64,000 bases of DNA from Prolixibacteraceae bacterium (GCA_027858715.1 JAQICD010000118.1:7730-71729), one strand, 5' to 3'. Numbered from the stretch's first letter, positions 50,220 to 61,159 are shown. Translations and numbers: made by a program. The notes: generated by a model from the sequence alone, not told the origin.

Positions 50220-51095
50220 ATGCGAACAGCCATTATACAGCAAGCAAATACGGTCAATGTTGAAGATAACAAGGCTAAACTGGCCGGTAATATTGCCGAA
50301 TGTTCCCGAAATGGTGCGCAGCTTATTGTGCTTCAGGAGTTGCATAATAGCCTTTATTTTTGTCAAACCGAAGATGTAGATACATTTGATCTGGCAGAGC
50401 CTATTCCTGGTCCTTCGACTGACTTTTATGGCAAGCTGGCCAAACAACATAAGGTTGTTTTGGTAACATCGCTATTCGAAAAACGTGCAACAGGCCTTTA
50501 CCACAATACAGCCGTTGTATATGAAAAGGATGGTTTAATTGCCGGAGTATATCGAAAAATGCACATACCCGATGACCCCGGGTTTTACGAAAAATTTTAT
50601 TTCACGCCGGGTGATATGGGTTTTATGCCCATCAATACTTCAGTTGGTAAACTTGGTGTTTTGGTATGTTGGGATCAATGGTATCCCGAAGCCGCCCGTT
50701 TAATGGCACTTGCCGGCGCCGAAATTCTTATTTACCCTACTGCTATTGGCTGGGATATGCTTGATGATGAAGCTGAACGCGAACGTCAGCGCAATGCATG
50801 GATTACGGTGCAGCGTGGTCATGCTGTAGCTAATGGACTACCGGTTGTAGCTGTAAATCGTGTGGGGATAGAAAACGACCCGTGTGGGCAAAGTGCAGGA
50901 ATCAATTTCTGGGGCAGCAGTTTTATTGCAGGTCCGCAAGGTGAATTGCTTTACGAAGCCCCTGTCGATACCGAAATAAACAAGGTAGTGGAAGTTGATT
51001 TAAAACGGTCGGAAGATGTTCGCCGTATCTGGCCATTCCTGCGTGACCGGAGAATAGACGCATATTCGGAAATAATCAAGAGATTTCGTGATTAA
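50220..51095 (+). CDS. aguB: Carbon-nitrogen hydrolase, probable N-carbamoylputrescine amidase
   Basis: LQELH, YRKMHIPDDPGFYEKFYF, VCWDQWYPEAAR, WPFLRDRR. Confidence 0.85.
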   Translation: MRTAIIQQANTVNVEDNKAKLAGNIAECSRNGAQLIVLQELHNSLYFCQTEDVDTFDLAEPIPGPSTDFYGKLAKQHKVVLVTSLFEKRATGLYHNTAVVYEKDGLIAGVYRKMHIPDDPGFYEKFYFTPGDMGFMPINTSVGKLGVLVCWDQWYPEAARLMALAGAEILIYPTAIGWDMLDDEAERERQRNAWITVQRGHAVANGLPVVAVNRVGIENDPCGQSAGINFWGSSFIAGPQGELLYEAPVDTEINKVVEVDLKRSEDVRRIWPFLRDRRIDAYSEIIKRFRD

Positions 51096-51113
51096 AAAAA
51101 AACGTAAATTAAC

Positions 51114-52199
51114 TTAGTGAGGATATTTTTGCACCTCCAATTCGCCTTTGAGCATTAAGCAGGCATTTAAGGCCATGGCTTCCATTTCATCTTCGCCCGG
51201 ACGTATTACAATCTGAGAAATAAAACCGACCTTTTCTTTAATCTTATCAGTAATTATGGTGCTTTGAGCAATGCCACCTGTAAGTATAATTGCATCAACC
51301 GAACCATTAACAACAGTACTCATTTCTCCTATTGCTTTTGCCACCTGGTAAACAAATGCATCCAATATTTTTATATATTCAGTGTTTCCGGCTTGTACTG
51401 CTTCTTCAACATCCATCATGCTGTTGGTATTCAAATAAGCAGTAATGCCACCTTCGCCAACCACCATGCGCCTTATTTCATCTTCGGTAAAATTTCCACA
51501 ATAACAACATTCAATAAGCTGACCTACTGGTAAAGTTCCACTACGTTCGGGGCTGAACGGGCCTTCTCCGTCAAGAGCATTGTTCACATCAATTACCTTC
51601 CCACCCGAATGAATGCCAACCGATACACCACCGCCCATGTGCACAACAATGAGATTCAAGTCGTTGTATTTTCTGTTAATAGAACGTGCATATAAGCGAG
51701 CTACTGCTTTTTGATTTAGCGCATGAAAAATCGAACGTCTTTCAAAACGCGGATGGCCACTAAAACGAGCCACAGCCTCCAGTTCATCGGTTACCACCGG
51801 ATCGGCGATGAAAGCTTTAGCGCCTGTAATTTCTTTGGCAATGGAATGAGCCAATACCGGCCCTAGGTTAGAAGCATGTTGTCCCCAAACTCCTTTGCGA
51901 ACATGCGTAAGCATTCGGTCATCAACCTCGTAAATTCCCGATTTTAAAGGATATGTAAGTCCGCCACGCCCCATAATAATTGAAATGCCAGACAAATCGA
52001 CCTTTTCGAGTTCAAGTGTTCCCAATATGATATCTTTTCTGAATTCATACTGTTCGATTATGCTGTCATAATGAATCAAATCGTCGATAAAATGACGTAT
52101 TGTTTTTGTAAACAGGCAGGTTTCACCTTCGAACACAGCAATTTTTGTGGAAGTTGAACCAGGATTTATGACCAGTATTTTAGGGTTAAATTCATGCAT
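51114..52199 (-). CDS. buk: Butyrate kinase
   Basis: INPGSTSTK, GRGG, HASNLG, HALNQKA, HMGGG, PGEDEM. Confidence 0.95.
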   Translation of the reverse strand: MHEFNPKILVINPGSTSTKIAVFEGETCLFTKTIRHFIDDLIHYDSIIEQYEFRKDIILGTLELEKVDLSGISIIMGRGGLTYPLKSGIYEVDDRMLTHVRKGVWGQHASNLGPVLAHSIAKEITGAKAFIADPVVTDELEAVARFSGHPRFERRSIFHALNQKAVARLYARSINRKYNDLNLIVVHMGGGVSVGIHSGGKVIDVNNALDGEGPFSPERSGTLPVGQLIECCYCGNFTEDEIRRMVVGEGGITAYLNTNSMMDVEEAVQAGNTEYIKILDAFVYQVAKAIGEMSTVVNGSVDAIILTGGIAQSTIITDKIKEKVGFISQIVIRPGEDEMEAMALNACLMLKGELEVQKYPH

Positions 52200-52203
52200 A
52201 CAA

Positions 52204-53106
52204 TCATCCGATTAACGAGGCCAAAGCTATGGAATAATATTTAGTATCGGTTGAATCGCCCCGCGATGACAAAATTGCTGGGATCATTGTTCCCATCACA
52301 ATTGCAGCAGCACGGGCATTGCAAAACATCGTATTGACTTTATAAAACACATTTCCCGACTCAATGTTCGGAAACAGCAGGCAATCGGCATCGCCGGCCA
52401 CCGGAGAGTTAAAGCCTTTCACCTCTGCCGATCTCTTATCAACAGCTAAGTCAAGCGCCATTGGACCATCGCAAACCGCACCAGGGAAAGCTCCATCTTC
52501 CCATAGTTTTTTCAACGCTGCCGCATCGGTACAGGCCGGCATCTTTTCGATTACCTTTTCGGTTGCCGCAATAAAAGCAACTTTCGGACGTTTTATCCCG
52601 GCTTTTTGAGCAACGCTTACAAGATATTTCACCATTTGCTGCTTTTGTAGCAGATCTGGCAATGGTAAAATAGCCACATCGCTTATAAATATTGGCTTAT
52701 GATATACATCGTTAAATAACATTGCCACATGCGAAAGCATAGCACCTTTAGTCAAAAGCCCCCTCTCTTTATTTAAAATGGCTTTCATAAAAACATCGGT
52801 GCCAATCAATCCTTTCATTATCAAATCGGCTTTCCCATTACGTGCCAGATCAACAGCACGTGCAACGGCTTCTTCGGCTGTTGTACAGTGTTCTATTTTA
52901 CAACTGTCGGTAGTAATTCCAATCTTTTTGAAGTTGCTGATAATTTGCTCTTTGTCTCCGGTTATGGTTACTGTAACTATATTTTCGTTTTTGGCACGAC
53001 CGACAGCCTCAAGCGTGTGTAGATCAACGCCGTTGGCAACAACTAATCGTCGGGTAGTTTGTTTATTATTTTTTTTAAACAGAAAAGAAATTCCGGTTTT
53101 ATCCAT
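52204..53106 (-). CDS. ptb: Phosphate butyryltransferase
   Basis: MKGL, LSHV, DGPMALDLA, PNIESGN, SRGDS; adjacent to buk. Confidence 0.9.
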   Translation of the reverse strand: MDKTGISFLFKKNNKQTTRRLVVANGVDLHTLEAVGRAKNENIVTVTITGDKEQIISNFKKIGITTDSCKIEHCTTAEEAVARAVDLARNGKADLIMKGLIGTDVFMKAILNKERGLLTKGAMLSHVAMLFNDVYHKPIFISDVAILPLPDLLQKQQMVKYLVSVAQKAGIKRPKVAFIAATEKVIEKMPACTDAAALKKLWEDGAFPGAVCDGPMALDLAVDKRSAEVKGFNSPVAGDADCLLFPNIESGNVFYKVNTMFCNARAAAIVMGTMIPAILSSRGDSTDTKYYSIALASLIG

Positions 53107-53202
53107 AAATCTATTTTTACTGTAAAGTACTTCATAAAATATGAAAAATCAACTATGAAATGTCATGCTATCCATCAAATGAATTTATAAATTTGCTAAA
53201 AT

Positions 53203-53877
53203 ATGCCACAATTCATCGACATACACACCCACAGAAGTTACGATTCGACCTCACAAACGATGTCGGTTAAAAATTTGCTTTTACATGAATCAAACAAATT
53301 TGAAATTGATAATTCAAAATTTTATTCAGCAGGATGGCATCCCTGGTTTATTAAAAATTACGATCCCGAAGTTATAAAAAATACTATTGTTGAATACGCT
53401 GCTGAGGTATATATTGTAACCATTGGCGAGTGTGGAATCGATAGAGCCATTGATGCATCGCTAGAACAGCAAATCGAAGTATTCAAACTGCACATTCAAT
53501 GTGCAAAAAATGAAAAAAAACCACTTCTAATACACGCTGTTCGTTCCTACTCCGACATTTTGCATGTGCTAAAAGATGAAAAATATAGCGGTATTGTTAT
53601 TTTGCATGATTTTAGAGGTAACATGCAACAGGTTGAACAATTTTTAAAGTTCAACACATTCTTTTCATTTGGAAATGCTCTTTTTTCAGGTTCAAAAATA
53701 GCTTCAATATTTAAGCAACTTCATCTGGAGCGAGTTTTCTTTGAAACCGACGAGAACGATATTCCCATTGAAAAAATTTATCTTCGCGCCGCAGAAATTA
53801 GAAATATACCTGTAGAAAATTTAAAAAAGCAGGTGATAAAAAATTTTAAACGAATTTTTGGGTATGAGTTGGACTGA
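53203..53877 (+). CDS. TatD family hydrolase
   Basis: DIHTH, HPW, IGECGID, FETD. Confidence 0.9.
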   Translation: MPQFIDIHTHRSYDSTSQTMSVKNLLLHESNKFEIDNSKFYSAGWHPWFIKNYDPEVIKNTIVEYAAEVYIVTIGECGIDRAIDASLEQQIEVFKLHIQCAKNEKKPLLIHAVRSYSDILHVLKDEKYSGIVILHDFRGNMQQVEQFLKFNTFFSFGNALFSGSKIASIFKQLHLERVFFETDENDIPIEKIYLRAAEIRNIPVENLKKQVIKNFKRIFGYELD

Positions 53878-54604
53878 GCGAACTGAGCTTTTATTAAGCA
53901 AAGAGAAAACGGAGATATTACGGAATAGTCATGTATTGGTTGTGGGACTTGGTGGAGTTGGTGCTTATGCTGCTGAAATGTTATGCCGCGCCGGAATTGG
54001 AAGCTTTACCATTGTTGACGGCGATGACGTTGATGTTTCCAATATAAACCGACAGCTACCGGCTACTCACAGCACAGTTGGACAGAAAAAGACTGAAATA
54101 CTTGCCAGCCGGTTTAAAGATATCAACCCTAATGTTAAGATAACTACAATCAGCGAATATATTCAGGACGAACGTATGATTGAAATTCTTGAAAACGACT
54201 ACGATTATGTAATTGATGCAATTGATACACTGGCTCCTAAGGTTTATTTAATTTATCATTCCTTTAAAATCGGACATCGAATAGTCAGCTCAATGGGTGC
54301 AGGTGGCAAAATGAATCCAGAGCTAATAAAATCGTCCGACATTTCAAAATCGTATAACTGCAAGCTGGCGCGTGTACTCCGTAAGCGTCTGGGGAAACTT
54401 GGAATTCGCAAAGGGATAAAAGTTGTTTACTCACCCGAGCAGGTATCTGAAAATGCTGTAATTCCGGATGAAGGAAAAAATAAAAAATCGACTGTAGGTA
54501 CTATTTCTTATTTACCGGCAGCTTTTGGTTGCCATATTGCTGCTGTAGTGATATACGACTTAACCGAAATAAAAACGAATAATAATGATACTAAATGCCT
54601 GTAA
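53864..54604 (+). CDS. tcdA: tRNA threonylcarbamoyladenosine dehydratase (ThiF/E1-like)
   Basis: VVGLGGVG, SNINRQ, DAID, SSMGAGGK. Confidence 0.88.
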   Translation: MSWTERTELLLSKEKTEILRNSHVLVVGLGGVGAYAAEMLCRAGIGSFTIVDGDDVDVSNINRQLPATHSTVGQKKTEILASRFKDINPNVKITTISEYIQDERMIEILENDYDYVIDAIDTLAPKVYLIYHSFKIGHRIVSSMGAGGKMNPELIKSSDISKSYNCKLARVLRKRLGKLGIRKGIKVVYSPEQVSENAVIPDEGKNKKSTVGTISYLPAAFGCHIAAVVIYDLTEIKTNNNDTKCL

Positions 54605-56504
54605 TTTTTAACTCAGAGCGTCGATTTTTGCTTCTTCCCGCTTCTGTTTCGTTATCGCCAACGGGGTTTTGAGCACCATAACCAACATGTTTTATTCGGG
54701 ATGCATTAATATACTCCGATATATATAAAGCAATGCTTTCAGCTCTTTTTTTCGAAAGCTGGAGGTTATATTGCTCACTACCAACATTGTCGGTATGTCC
54801 CGATATTTCAATCTTCACACTGGAATTTTGTTTCATAAACTCAACAACTTTCATGAGTTCTGTTTCCGATTTTGAATTTATTTTGTAGGAATCAAATTCA
54901 AAGAAAATATTGTTGAGAATAACCGTAGCATCCAGCCTAATGGGCTCCAGGTAGATGTTTTCAGTTGCTGCATCGTTAAATGTATCGGGGTTGTTGTAGT
55001 CGAAATGACGCGAATAAAGCAGGAATCCGGGCAACGACAAATTGAGCGCATAGGTATGTCCTGCTTCGATAACAGTTGTATAACCGTTCTTTATGTCGCT
55101 TTCTACAATTTGTTTTTGCTTTGTATTTAGTTTAGATAATTCAATTTTGGCATTAATTTTCTCGTTGGTTCCCCGGTTATATACAAATCCTTTCAAATAG
55201 CCCATTTTATTTGGTTTCGATTCATTGGGTAAATTAAAGTAGTAAATATCTTTTGAGTTTTTAACTGATGTTGAGCGATTTGACGAGAATAAAGCTAAAT
55301 GTGCTGAGGGTGAAACCACTAATCCATCATCATCGTTTATGCTATTTATAGGATATCCAAGGTTTTTTGCCCTACTCCACTGGTTCGATTCAAACCGGCT
55401 GACAAACATGTCGCTATTACCCATTCCATAATGACCGGTCGATGCAAAATATAAAGTTCTGTTATCGGCGTGAATAAAAGGTGAAAAGTCGTTTTTGGTA
55501 GTGTTAATACCCGTACCTGCATTTACCGGCTCGCCAAATTCAATCACTCCTTTGCTGTTTTTCTGAATCGTGCAGAACCAGATATCCTGTTTCCCAAATC
55601 CTCCTTCGCGTGATGATGACCAAAACAGCAAATCGCCGTTAGCCGAAACCGAAGGTTGAGCATCCCATGCCGCAGTATTTACATTTTTGCCTGCATTAAA
55701 CGCCCCCACCCATTTGTTTTTTTTTATCATGAAATAAATATCACAGCTACCATAGCCGTCTGAACGCCCACAGGCTGTGAAAAATATCAAGTTCTCGTTA
55801 GCGATCATGCTAATTGTCCCCTCGTTTACTTCGCGCACATCGCCTATGCTTAACTGTACGGCTGTTTCCCATCCGTCTCGGTTGCGTTCGGAATAAAAAA
55901 GTCGCTCAAACGGATGTGATTGTTCAGGTTTTATAAGTCGTGTAAAATAAATGGTAGAATCATCGGCCGAAGGAAATGGCCAATACTCATCATTTTCAGT
56001 ATTTATTGTTTCATTAAAAGCTTTTATATTTACATTAGTCAGCTTATTTTCTACAAGATAACGGGATTTTTCATTATTTTCCAATTGTAGTTTAAATGCT
56101 GATGTGTCAGACCCATTGTAATTTTCGAGGTATTTCGTTAAATGAAAAGTTGCATCAGCAAATTTGCCACGTTGCTGATAAATATCCGAAACATACTTAT
56201 GTGCTACCTTGTATTTTCCAGGTTCAAGTAGCAATACTTTTTCAAGAGAAAATAAACGTAAATCGTTGTCTCCGAGTTCGGCAGCGACATCCGACATTAA
56301 AAGATACGCATCGACATAAAAGCTATCGATTTGAATAGCCTTTTCAAGATAATTCTCGGCCAGATGATAACCACCCGAACGGTATGCTTCAAGCCCTTTT
56401 TCAAATAATTCTTCTTTATTATTGGGGTTAATTCCTGAGCGATACGAAGAACACGAAAACAACAATTCAACCAGTAAAACCGATATTATCAGAATGTTCT
56501 TCAT
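54591..56504 (-). CDS. TPR-PD40-OmpA lipoprotein (PorE-like architecture)
   Basis: Lipobox LFSC, TPR repeats, PD40 repeats (SPFIHADNRTLYF), OmpA domain (GHTDNVG, LSKKRA, NRRSE). Confidence 0.88.
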   Translation of the reverse strand: MKNILIISVLLVELLFSCSSYRSGINPNNKEELFEKGLEAYRSGGYHLAENYLEKAIQIDSFYVDAYLLMSDVAAELGDNDLRLFSLEKVLLLEPGKYKVAHKYVSDIYQQRGKFADATFHLTKYLENYNGSDTSAFKLQLENNEKSRYLVENKLTNVNIKAFNETINTENDEYWPFPSADDSTIYFTRLIKPEQSHPFERLFYSERNRDGWETAVQLSIGDVREVNEGTISMIANENLIFFTACGRSDGYGSCDIYFMIKKNKWVGAFNAGKNVNTAAWDAQPSVSANGDLLFWSSSREGGFGKQDIWFCTIQKNSKGVIEFGEPVNAGTGINTTKNDFSPFIHADNRTLYFASTGHYGMGNSDMFVSRFESNQWSRAKNLGYPINSINDDDGLVVSPSAHLALFSSNRSTSVKNSKDIYYFNLPNESKPNKMGYLKGFVYNRGTNEKINAKIELSKLNTKQKQIVESDIKNGYTTVIEAGHTYALNLSLPGFLLYSRHFDYNNPDTFNDAATENIYLEPIRLDATVILNNIFFEFDSYKINSKSETELMKVVEFMKQNSSVKIEISGHTDNVGSEQYNLQLSKKRAESIALYISEYINASRIKHVGYGAQNPVGDNETEAGRSKNRRSELKITGI

Positions 56505-56550
56505 ATTAAATATGTAAGGATTTCTCGAATTTGCGATTTCGTGAATCTAA

Positions 56551-58431
56551 TTACTTAACAATCAGGCGCGAATACCCACCAATTGGAATTTCAATTAAAG
56601 CGACATCATTTCGGAACCTTAGAGTTCCTCTATCGTAATAGCTTCCTTTATGGTCGTAAGTGATATAATCAACTTTACCTGTAGGTCGTCCTTTTACAGA
56701 AACATACGGATAGTCGGAAGAATTGATGACATCAGCCATTTCGAAATTAAAATAGCCAAAATCGTAAGGTGCAACACGATCGTAAAACACTAGAATTTGC
56801 TTCATAATATTACCACCAATCAGCACAGGATACCGCTGTACCGGGTTATATGCTCTGAATTCACTTTCGGTTAAATAGTGTGCATTAGACTTCCAGTAAG
56901 TAATCCAGAACTTTAACGTTTGTCTTATTTCCTCGGGTATGGTATAAGAGAAGTAAGAAACATAAGGTGTGCCAAATAATACAGACTGGAATTTTTTAGC
57001 CACATCAACGGCCGGATCTTTTGGGTGAATACCAATCACCTCCATGAAAGGAGAATATTCGCCATATAGCAAACGATTATTTACAAGTTTCTCGCGTACA
57101 TCGGTCAAAACTGTAGTACCTAAAAAGCCGTTGATCGTTTTCGTATTTGATGTGTGGAGTGGGCCTACTACATTATAACTCTGATTTATTGATATATCAG
57201 GGCGTTCGTAAAGCATTGCATATTGCATTTGAACCCTAAGCGAGTCAAGTGCTTTACGTACAGATACAAAATCACGTCCTCGATCATCTGTAACTATGAT
57301 ATGTTCGTTTGGGTAATACCCATTAAGAAAGTCAAACCAAACTCCATCGACCTCCCATTCTGATACTATTTGTGCGTACATTTCTGTTATGTAATCCCGT
57401 ACTTCAGGATATCTGATATCTAAAATAGGCTGGCTCGAAGTGCGATATTGGAGATATTTATTTTCGAAATGTTCAAACACATAGTTATGCGCACCAATAA
57501 AAGGATGTGTGTACCACAACGCAATCTTCATGTTTGCTTCTTTTGTTTTTGCAATAAATTTTTTGATTACATCTATCTCAGATGGATTCCACATGCCTGT
57601 AGAATCTACCTCAAATCGTACAACATTTTGCCAGGCATCGTCAAAAAGTACCGACTTAAAACCCATCGCTGAAATTGAATCAAAATAATAAGTTATATTA
57701 TCCAATGGTATATTTCTATCCATTGGATACCAAACTGAATAAACTGGTTTTAAAGATAAATCAACCTTTGTTATAGCTTCGGGATTATCGAAATTAAGTC
57801 GCCATTGCGAGGCTTCTCGTACCGTGTTAGAATAATTATCATCGCTAAAGTCAACCAGAATTTTTGCGCTATAATCAAGTAATTCAGCGTCAGGCAATAC
57901 GTCGTTAAAGTAGTTGAATGAGAAAACGAGAGAATCGCCAACTTCTTTTATGTCAATTTGAGTATATTGACTGTTAAAATCGTCGATTGAGGCCAGTGAA
58001 ATACGATTCTGACTATTTTTGGCCATAGCTGAAACAATATTATACTCAGACTGCAAACGTGCATAACTTGGGATTGTTATAAATGATTGATTAGACCAGG
58101 TTCGAGAACTCCATAATGCATGCACCAACTTGCGTGGGTATTTTATGTCGAAGCGAAAACGGGGTAATAATGAGGGAAAATCAGTGTACAAATTTAAATT
58201 TATAATGTATTTGTTTTCTGAAATTGTATCTATTGTAACCTCCGAATTGAAAGGTTGAATATCATCTCCAATTGATATCATATCAAGTGAAAAGTTAATA
58301 TTTTCATTTATTATAATTTCATCTGCAGGTTCATAACTATTGGTTCCCTGCGGTTTGCATGAAAATATAAAAAATGTAATAATTAAAAATAAAACAATTT
58401 TATTTGTTACTGCCTGACCTTTGTTGCTCAT
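56551..58431 (-). CDS. GH36-like (alpha-galactosidase fold) lipoprotein, possibly inactive
   Basis: Lipobox IFSC; PVYSVWY, LFDDAWQ, LDIRYPEVRDY, DGVWFDF. Confidence 0.65.
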   Translation of the reverse strand: MSNKGQAVTNKIVLFLIITFFIFSCKPQGTNSYEPADEIIINENINFSLDMISIGDDIQPFNSEVTIDTISENKYIINLNLYTDFPSLLPRFRFDIKYPRKLVHALWSSRTWSNQSFITIPSYARLQSEYNIVSAMAKNSQNRISLASIDDFNSQYTQIDIKEVGDSLVFSFNYFNDVLPDAELLDYSAKILVDFSDDNYSNTVREASQWRLNFDNPEAITKVDLSLKPVYSVWYPMDRNIPLDNITYYFDSISAMGFKSVLFDDAWQNVVRFEVDSTGMWNPSEIDVIKKFIAKTKEANMKIALWYTHPFIGAHNYVFEHFENKYLQYRTSSQPILDIRYPEVRDYITEMYAQIVSEWEVDGVWFDFLNGYYPNEHIIVTDDRGRDFVSVRKALDSLRVQMQYAMLYERPDISINQSYNVVGPLHTSNTKTINGFLGTTVLTDVREKLVNNRLLYGEYSPFMEVIGIHPKDPAVDVAKKFQSVLFGTPYVSYFSYTIPEEIRQTLKFWITYWKSNAHYLTESEFRAYNPVQRYPVLIGGNIMKQILVFYDRVAPYDFGYFNFEMADVINSSDYPYVSVKGRPTGKVDYITYDHKGSYYDRGTLRFRNDVALIEIPIGGYSRLIVK

Positions 58432-58770
58432 ATTTAAAACTATTTCTCAATCAACCACAAACTTCAATACTTTAAATAAGAATCTTCCGATTTTTTTAAA
58501 GACACATCTTAATCCTACTAAATTAAGCATTTTTATAAATTATTATCCAACAAATAAGCAAATAAAAATGAAAGCTATGCTGCTCTTTAAAATTTTTTAT
58601 AAAAATAGAATATTATCCTGAATACGCCATAAACATGCAATATAGTTCACTTATTTTTTGATAAGGTGCATTTTTCAATGAACAAAACATGTACATAGCT
58701 ATGCCTATGCATGCACTCTTTTTAATCATTTTGTATTTTTAATACCTTGCTTTTTTATCTTTGCAAATGC

Positions 58771-59478
58771 ATGAAAAAAATAATGCTTCTATATCGAAAA
58801 TACAAAGACGGTGTAATATTTACACTGGCATTTCATGTAACTATATTTGCCATTCTTAATATTAGTGAGTTCAGGGTTAAAAAGGAATTTACGGAATCTG
58901 AAATTATTATTGATTTTCCACCTGAATTTATGATGGAGGATCAAAAGCCACAACCCGATAATAATGATTTCGAAAATCTGAACCAATTTACTCAGCAACA
59001 AACAAATGTTGCTTCGAACAGAACAGCCAGTCAATTAAACGATTTCTTTGATGAGGATTATCAGCGAGAGCTTGAACAAGCTCAAAACCTGGCAAAAGAC
59101 GTCTTGCAACAATTATCGAAAGAAATTCCCACAATCGACGATCTAAAAATGCCTGAAGAAACTACAGAAAATATTGATCCAGATTCAATTATGAATAAAC
59201 TTTATAGCGGTGAAAGCAATATCGAATATTTTCTCGAGGATCGTTATCATTTGCGTTTGCCTATTCCTGTTTATTTATCGCATCAAGGGGGGAAAATAAA
59301 AGTTTATATCGAAGTTGATAATAACGGCAAGGTTATATCGGCAGAGCCTGAAGGAAATAGTAATCGCCTACTTCTGTCGTATGCTAAAACAGCTGCTCTG
59401 CGAACACGGTTTAATGCGGTATCACCTTCAAAAAATATACAGAAAGGTTATATCATCTATACTTTCGTAGCCCAGTGA
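58771..59478 (+). CDS. Membrane-anchored protein with TonB-C-like C-terminal domain
   Basis: N-terminal TM; LPIPVYL..GGKIKVYIEVDNNGKV and QKGYIIYTF pattern. Confidence 0.65.
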   Translation: MKKIMLLYRKYKDGVIFTLAFHVTIFAILNISEFRVKKEFTESEIIIDFPPEFMMEDQKPQPDNNDFENLNQFTQQQTNVASNRTASQLNDFFDEDYQRELEQAQNLAKDVLQQLSKEIPTIDDLKMPEETTENIDPDSIMNKLYSGESNIEYFLEDRYHLRLPIPVYLSHQGGKIKVYIEVDNNGKVISAEPEGNSNRLLLSYAKTAALRTRFNAVSPSKNIQKGYIIYTFVAQ

Positions 59479-59567
59479 TTTGTTAAATCATTGTAAAAAT
59501 TGATAGAATTAACAAGTATTAACACGATTTTTTTTAATATTACTGTTTCACAACATATCTTTGCAAT

Positions 59568-59657
59568 AGGTTTATTTTTCATAGTTTTTAGGTTTAGTTA
59601 GATTAGTTAGGTTAGTTTGAGAAAAGGATAGGTCAATGCATCTATCCTTTCTTTTTT
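59568..59657 (+). ncRNA. Candidate small RNA (~90 nt)
   Basis: TATCTTTG promoter at 59556-59563, no sense ORF, terminator AAAGGATAGG/TCTATCCTTT plus T6. Confidence 0.6.
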
Positions 59658-59726
59658 CCAGTCGTTTCGACACTATTCAATTTCATTTCCTTTATAAAAA
59701 TCTTTGTAGATTCACATTCTAAATAT

Positions 59727-60173
59727 ATGCTGATGAATTCAAAAAAAATTATTGGAAGAAAAGAAATTGCCCACTTTCCTGAATTTGGATTAAAAAACAT
59801 TGATGTTAAGATTGATACAGGAGCCTACACTTCGTCAATTCATTGTCATCAAATTGAAGAAGAAGTATTCGAAGGTAAAAAAGTTTTATGCTTTAAACTT
59901 CTCGATCCTAAACACAAACAATACAACAATAAAATAATAACTTCAAAGAATTACAGGCAGAAAGTGATTCGAAGCTCTACGGGACATGCCAGCAAACGCT
60001 ATATTATTAAAACAGTTATTGAATTGTTCGGACAACAATATCCAATCGACCTTTCGTTAAGTGAACGAGATAGTATGAAATATCCGGTTTTGATTGGTCG
60101 TAAATTATTAAGCGGTAAGTTTATAGTTGATACCGCCAAAATAAACCTGACTCGCTTTTCTGAAAAAAAATAA
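59727..60173 (+). CDS. RimK-associated retropepsin-like protease (RimB-like)
   Basis: KIDTGAYTSSIH, IRSSTG, RDSMKYPVLIGRK. Confidence 0.88.
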   Translation: MLMNSKKIIGRKEIAHFPEFGLKNIDVKIDTGAYTSSIHCHQIEEEVFEGKKVLCFKLLDPKHKQYNNKIITSKNYRQKVIRSSTGHASKRYIIKTVIELFGQQYPIDLSLSERDSMKYPVLIGRKLLSGKFIVDTAKINLTRFSEKK

Positions 60174-60271
60174 TTACACTATATTTCGCCCCTTATTGCG
60201 GGTGATTAATAACCATCGTTAGCGCTTAAAAATCAATAATTTAAAATCTAGCAAAAAACATTATGAGATCA

Positions 60272-61147
60272 ATGAAGATTGTAATATTATCGAGAAATTC
60301 GAAACTATATTCAACTAAGCGCTTGGTTGAAGCTGGCGAAAAACGCGGACACGAGATAAGGGTAATCGATCATTCAAAATGCGATATAATAATTGAAAAA
60401 AGAAAGCCCCAGATATTTTATAACGGTGAAAGTATAACCGGTGTCGATGCTGTAATACCACGTATAGGCGCTTCGGTAACATTTTATGGTTCATCTGTTT
60501 TACGACAGTTTGAAATGATGAAGGTTTTTACCGCTATCGAATCGCAGGCACTTATACGTTCGCGCGACAAATTGCGCAGTTTGCAAATTTTATCACGAGC
60601 TGGACTAGGACTTCCAAAAACGGCATTTACCAATTATTCGAAGGATGTAGAAGGTGTTATTGACCATCTTGGTGGCGCCCCATGTGTAATTAAACTGCTC
60701 GAAGGTACTCAGGGCATTGGCGTTGTTTTGGCCGAAACCCGAAGTGCTGCGACATCGGTTCTCGAAGCATTTCATGGCATGCAGGCCAGAGTTATAGTCC
60801 AGGAATTCATAGAGGAGGCTAAAGGTGCAGATATTCGTGCTTTTGTTGTTGACGGTGTAGTTGTTGGTGCCATGAAAAGGCAGGGAAAGAAAGGTGAATT
60901 CCGTTCAAACCTTCATCGTGGTGGCACTGCCAGTATTATTGAACTTTCGGAAGATGAAGAAAACGCCGCATTAAAAGCAGCACGTGTTATGGGGCTGGGA
61001 ATTGCAGGTGTTGACATGCTTCAATCAGCTTCCGGTCCAAAAATCATGGAAGTAAATTCGTCGCCAGGACTTGAAGGCATCGAAAAATCAACCGGAAAAG
61101 ACATAGCCAAAAGCATTATTCGTTACGTTGAACGTCATGTTGATTAA
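60272..61147 (+). CDS. rimK: RimK alpha-L-glutamate ligase (ATP-grasp)
   Basis: [49 protein letters not shown]. Confidence 0.95.
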   Translation: MKIVILSRNSKLYSTKRLVEAGEKRGHEIRVIDHSKCDIIIEKRKPQIFYNGESITGVDAVIPRIGASVTFYGSSVLRQFEMMKVFTAIESQALIRSRDKLRSLQILSRAGLGLPKTAFTNYSKDVEGVIDHLGGAPCVIKLLEGTQGIGVVLAETRSAATSVLEAFHGMQARVIVQEFIEEAKGADIRAFVVDGVVVGAMKRQGKKGEFRSNLHRGGTASIIELSEDEENAALKAARVMGLGIAGVDMLQSASGPKIMEVNSSPGLEGIEKSTGKDIAKSIIRYVERHVD

Positions 61148-61159
61148 TTGTTGTTCTTT

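Noticed and set aside
54591-54604. 14-bp overlap of the convergent tcdA and OmpA-lipoprotein genes
   Set aside because: Short 3' overlaps are common and need no special explanation.
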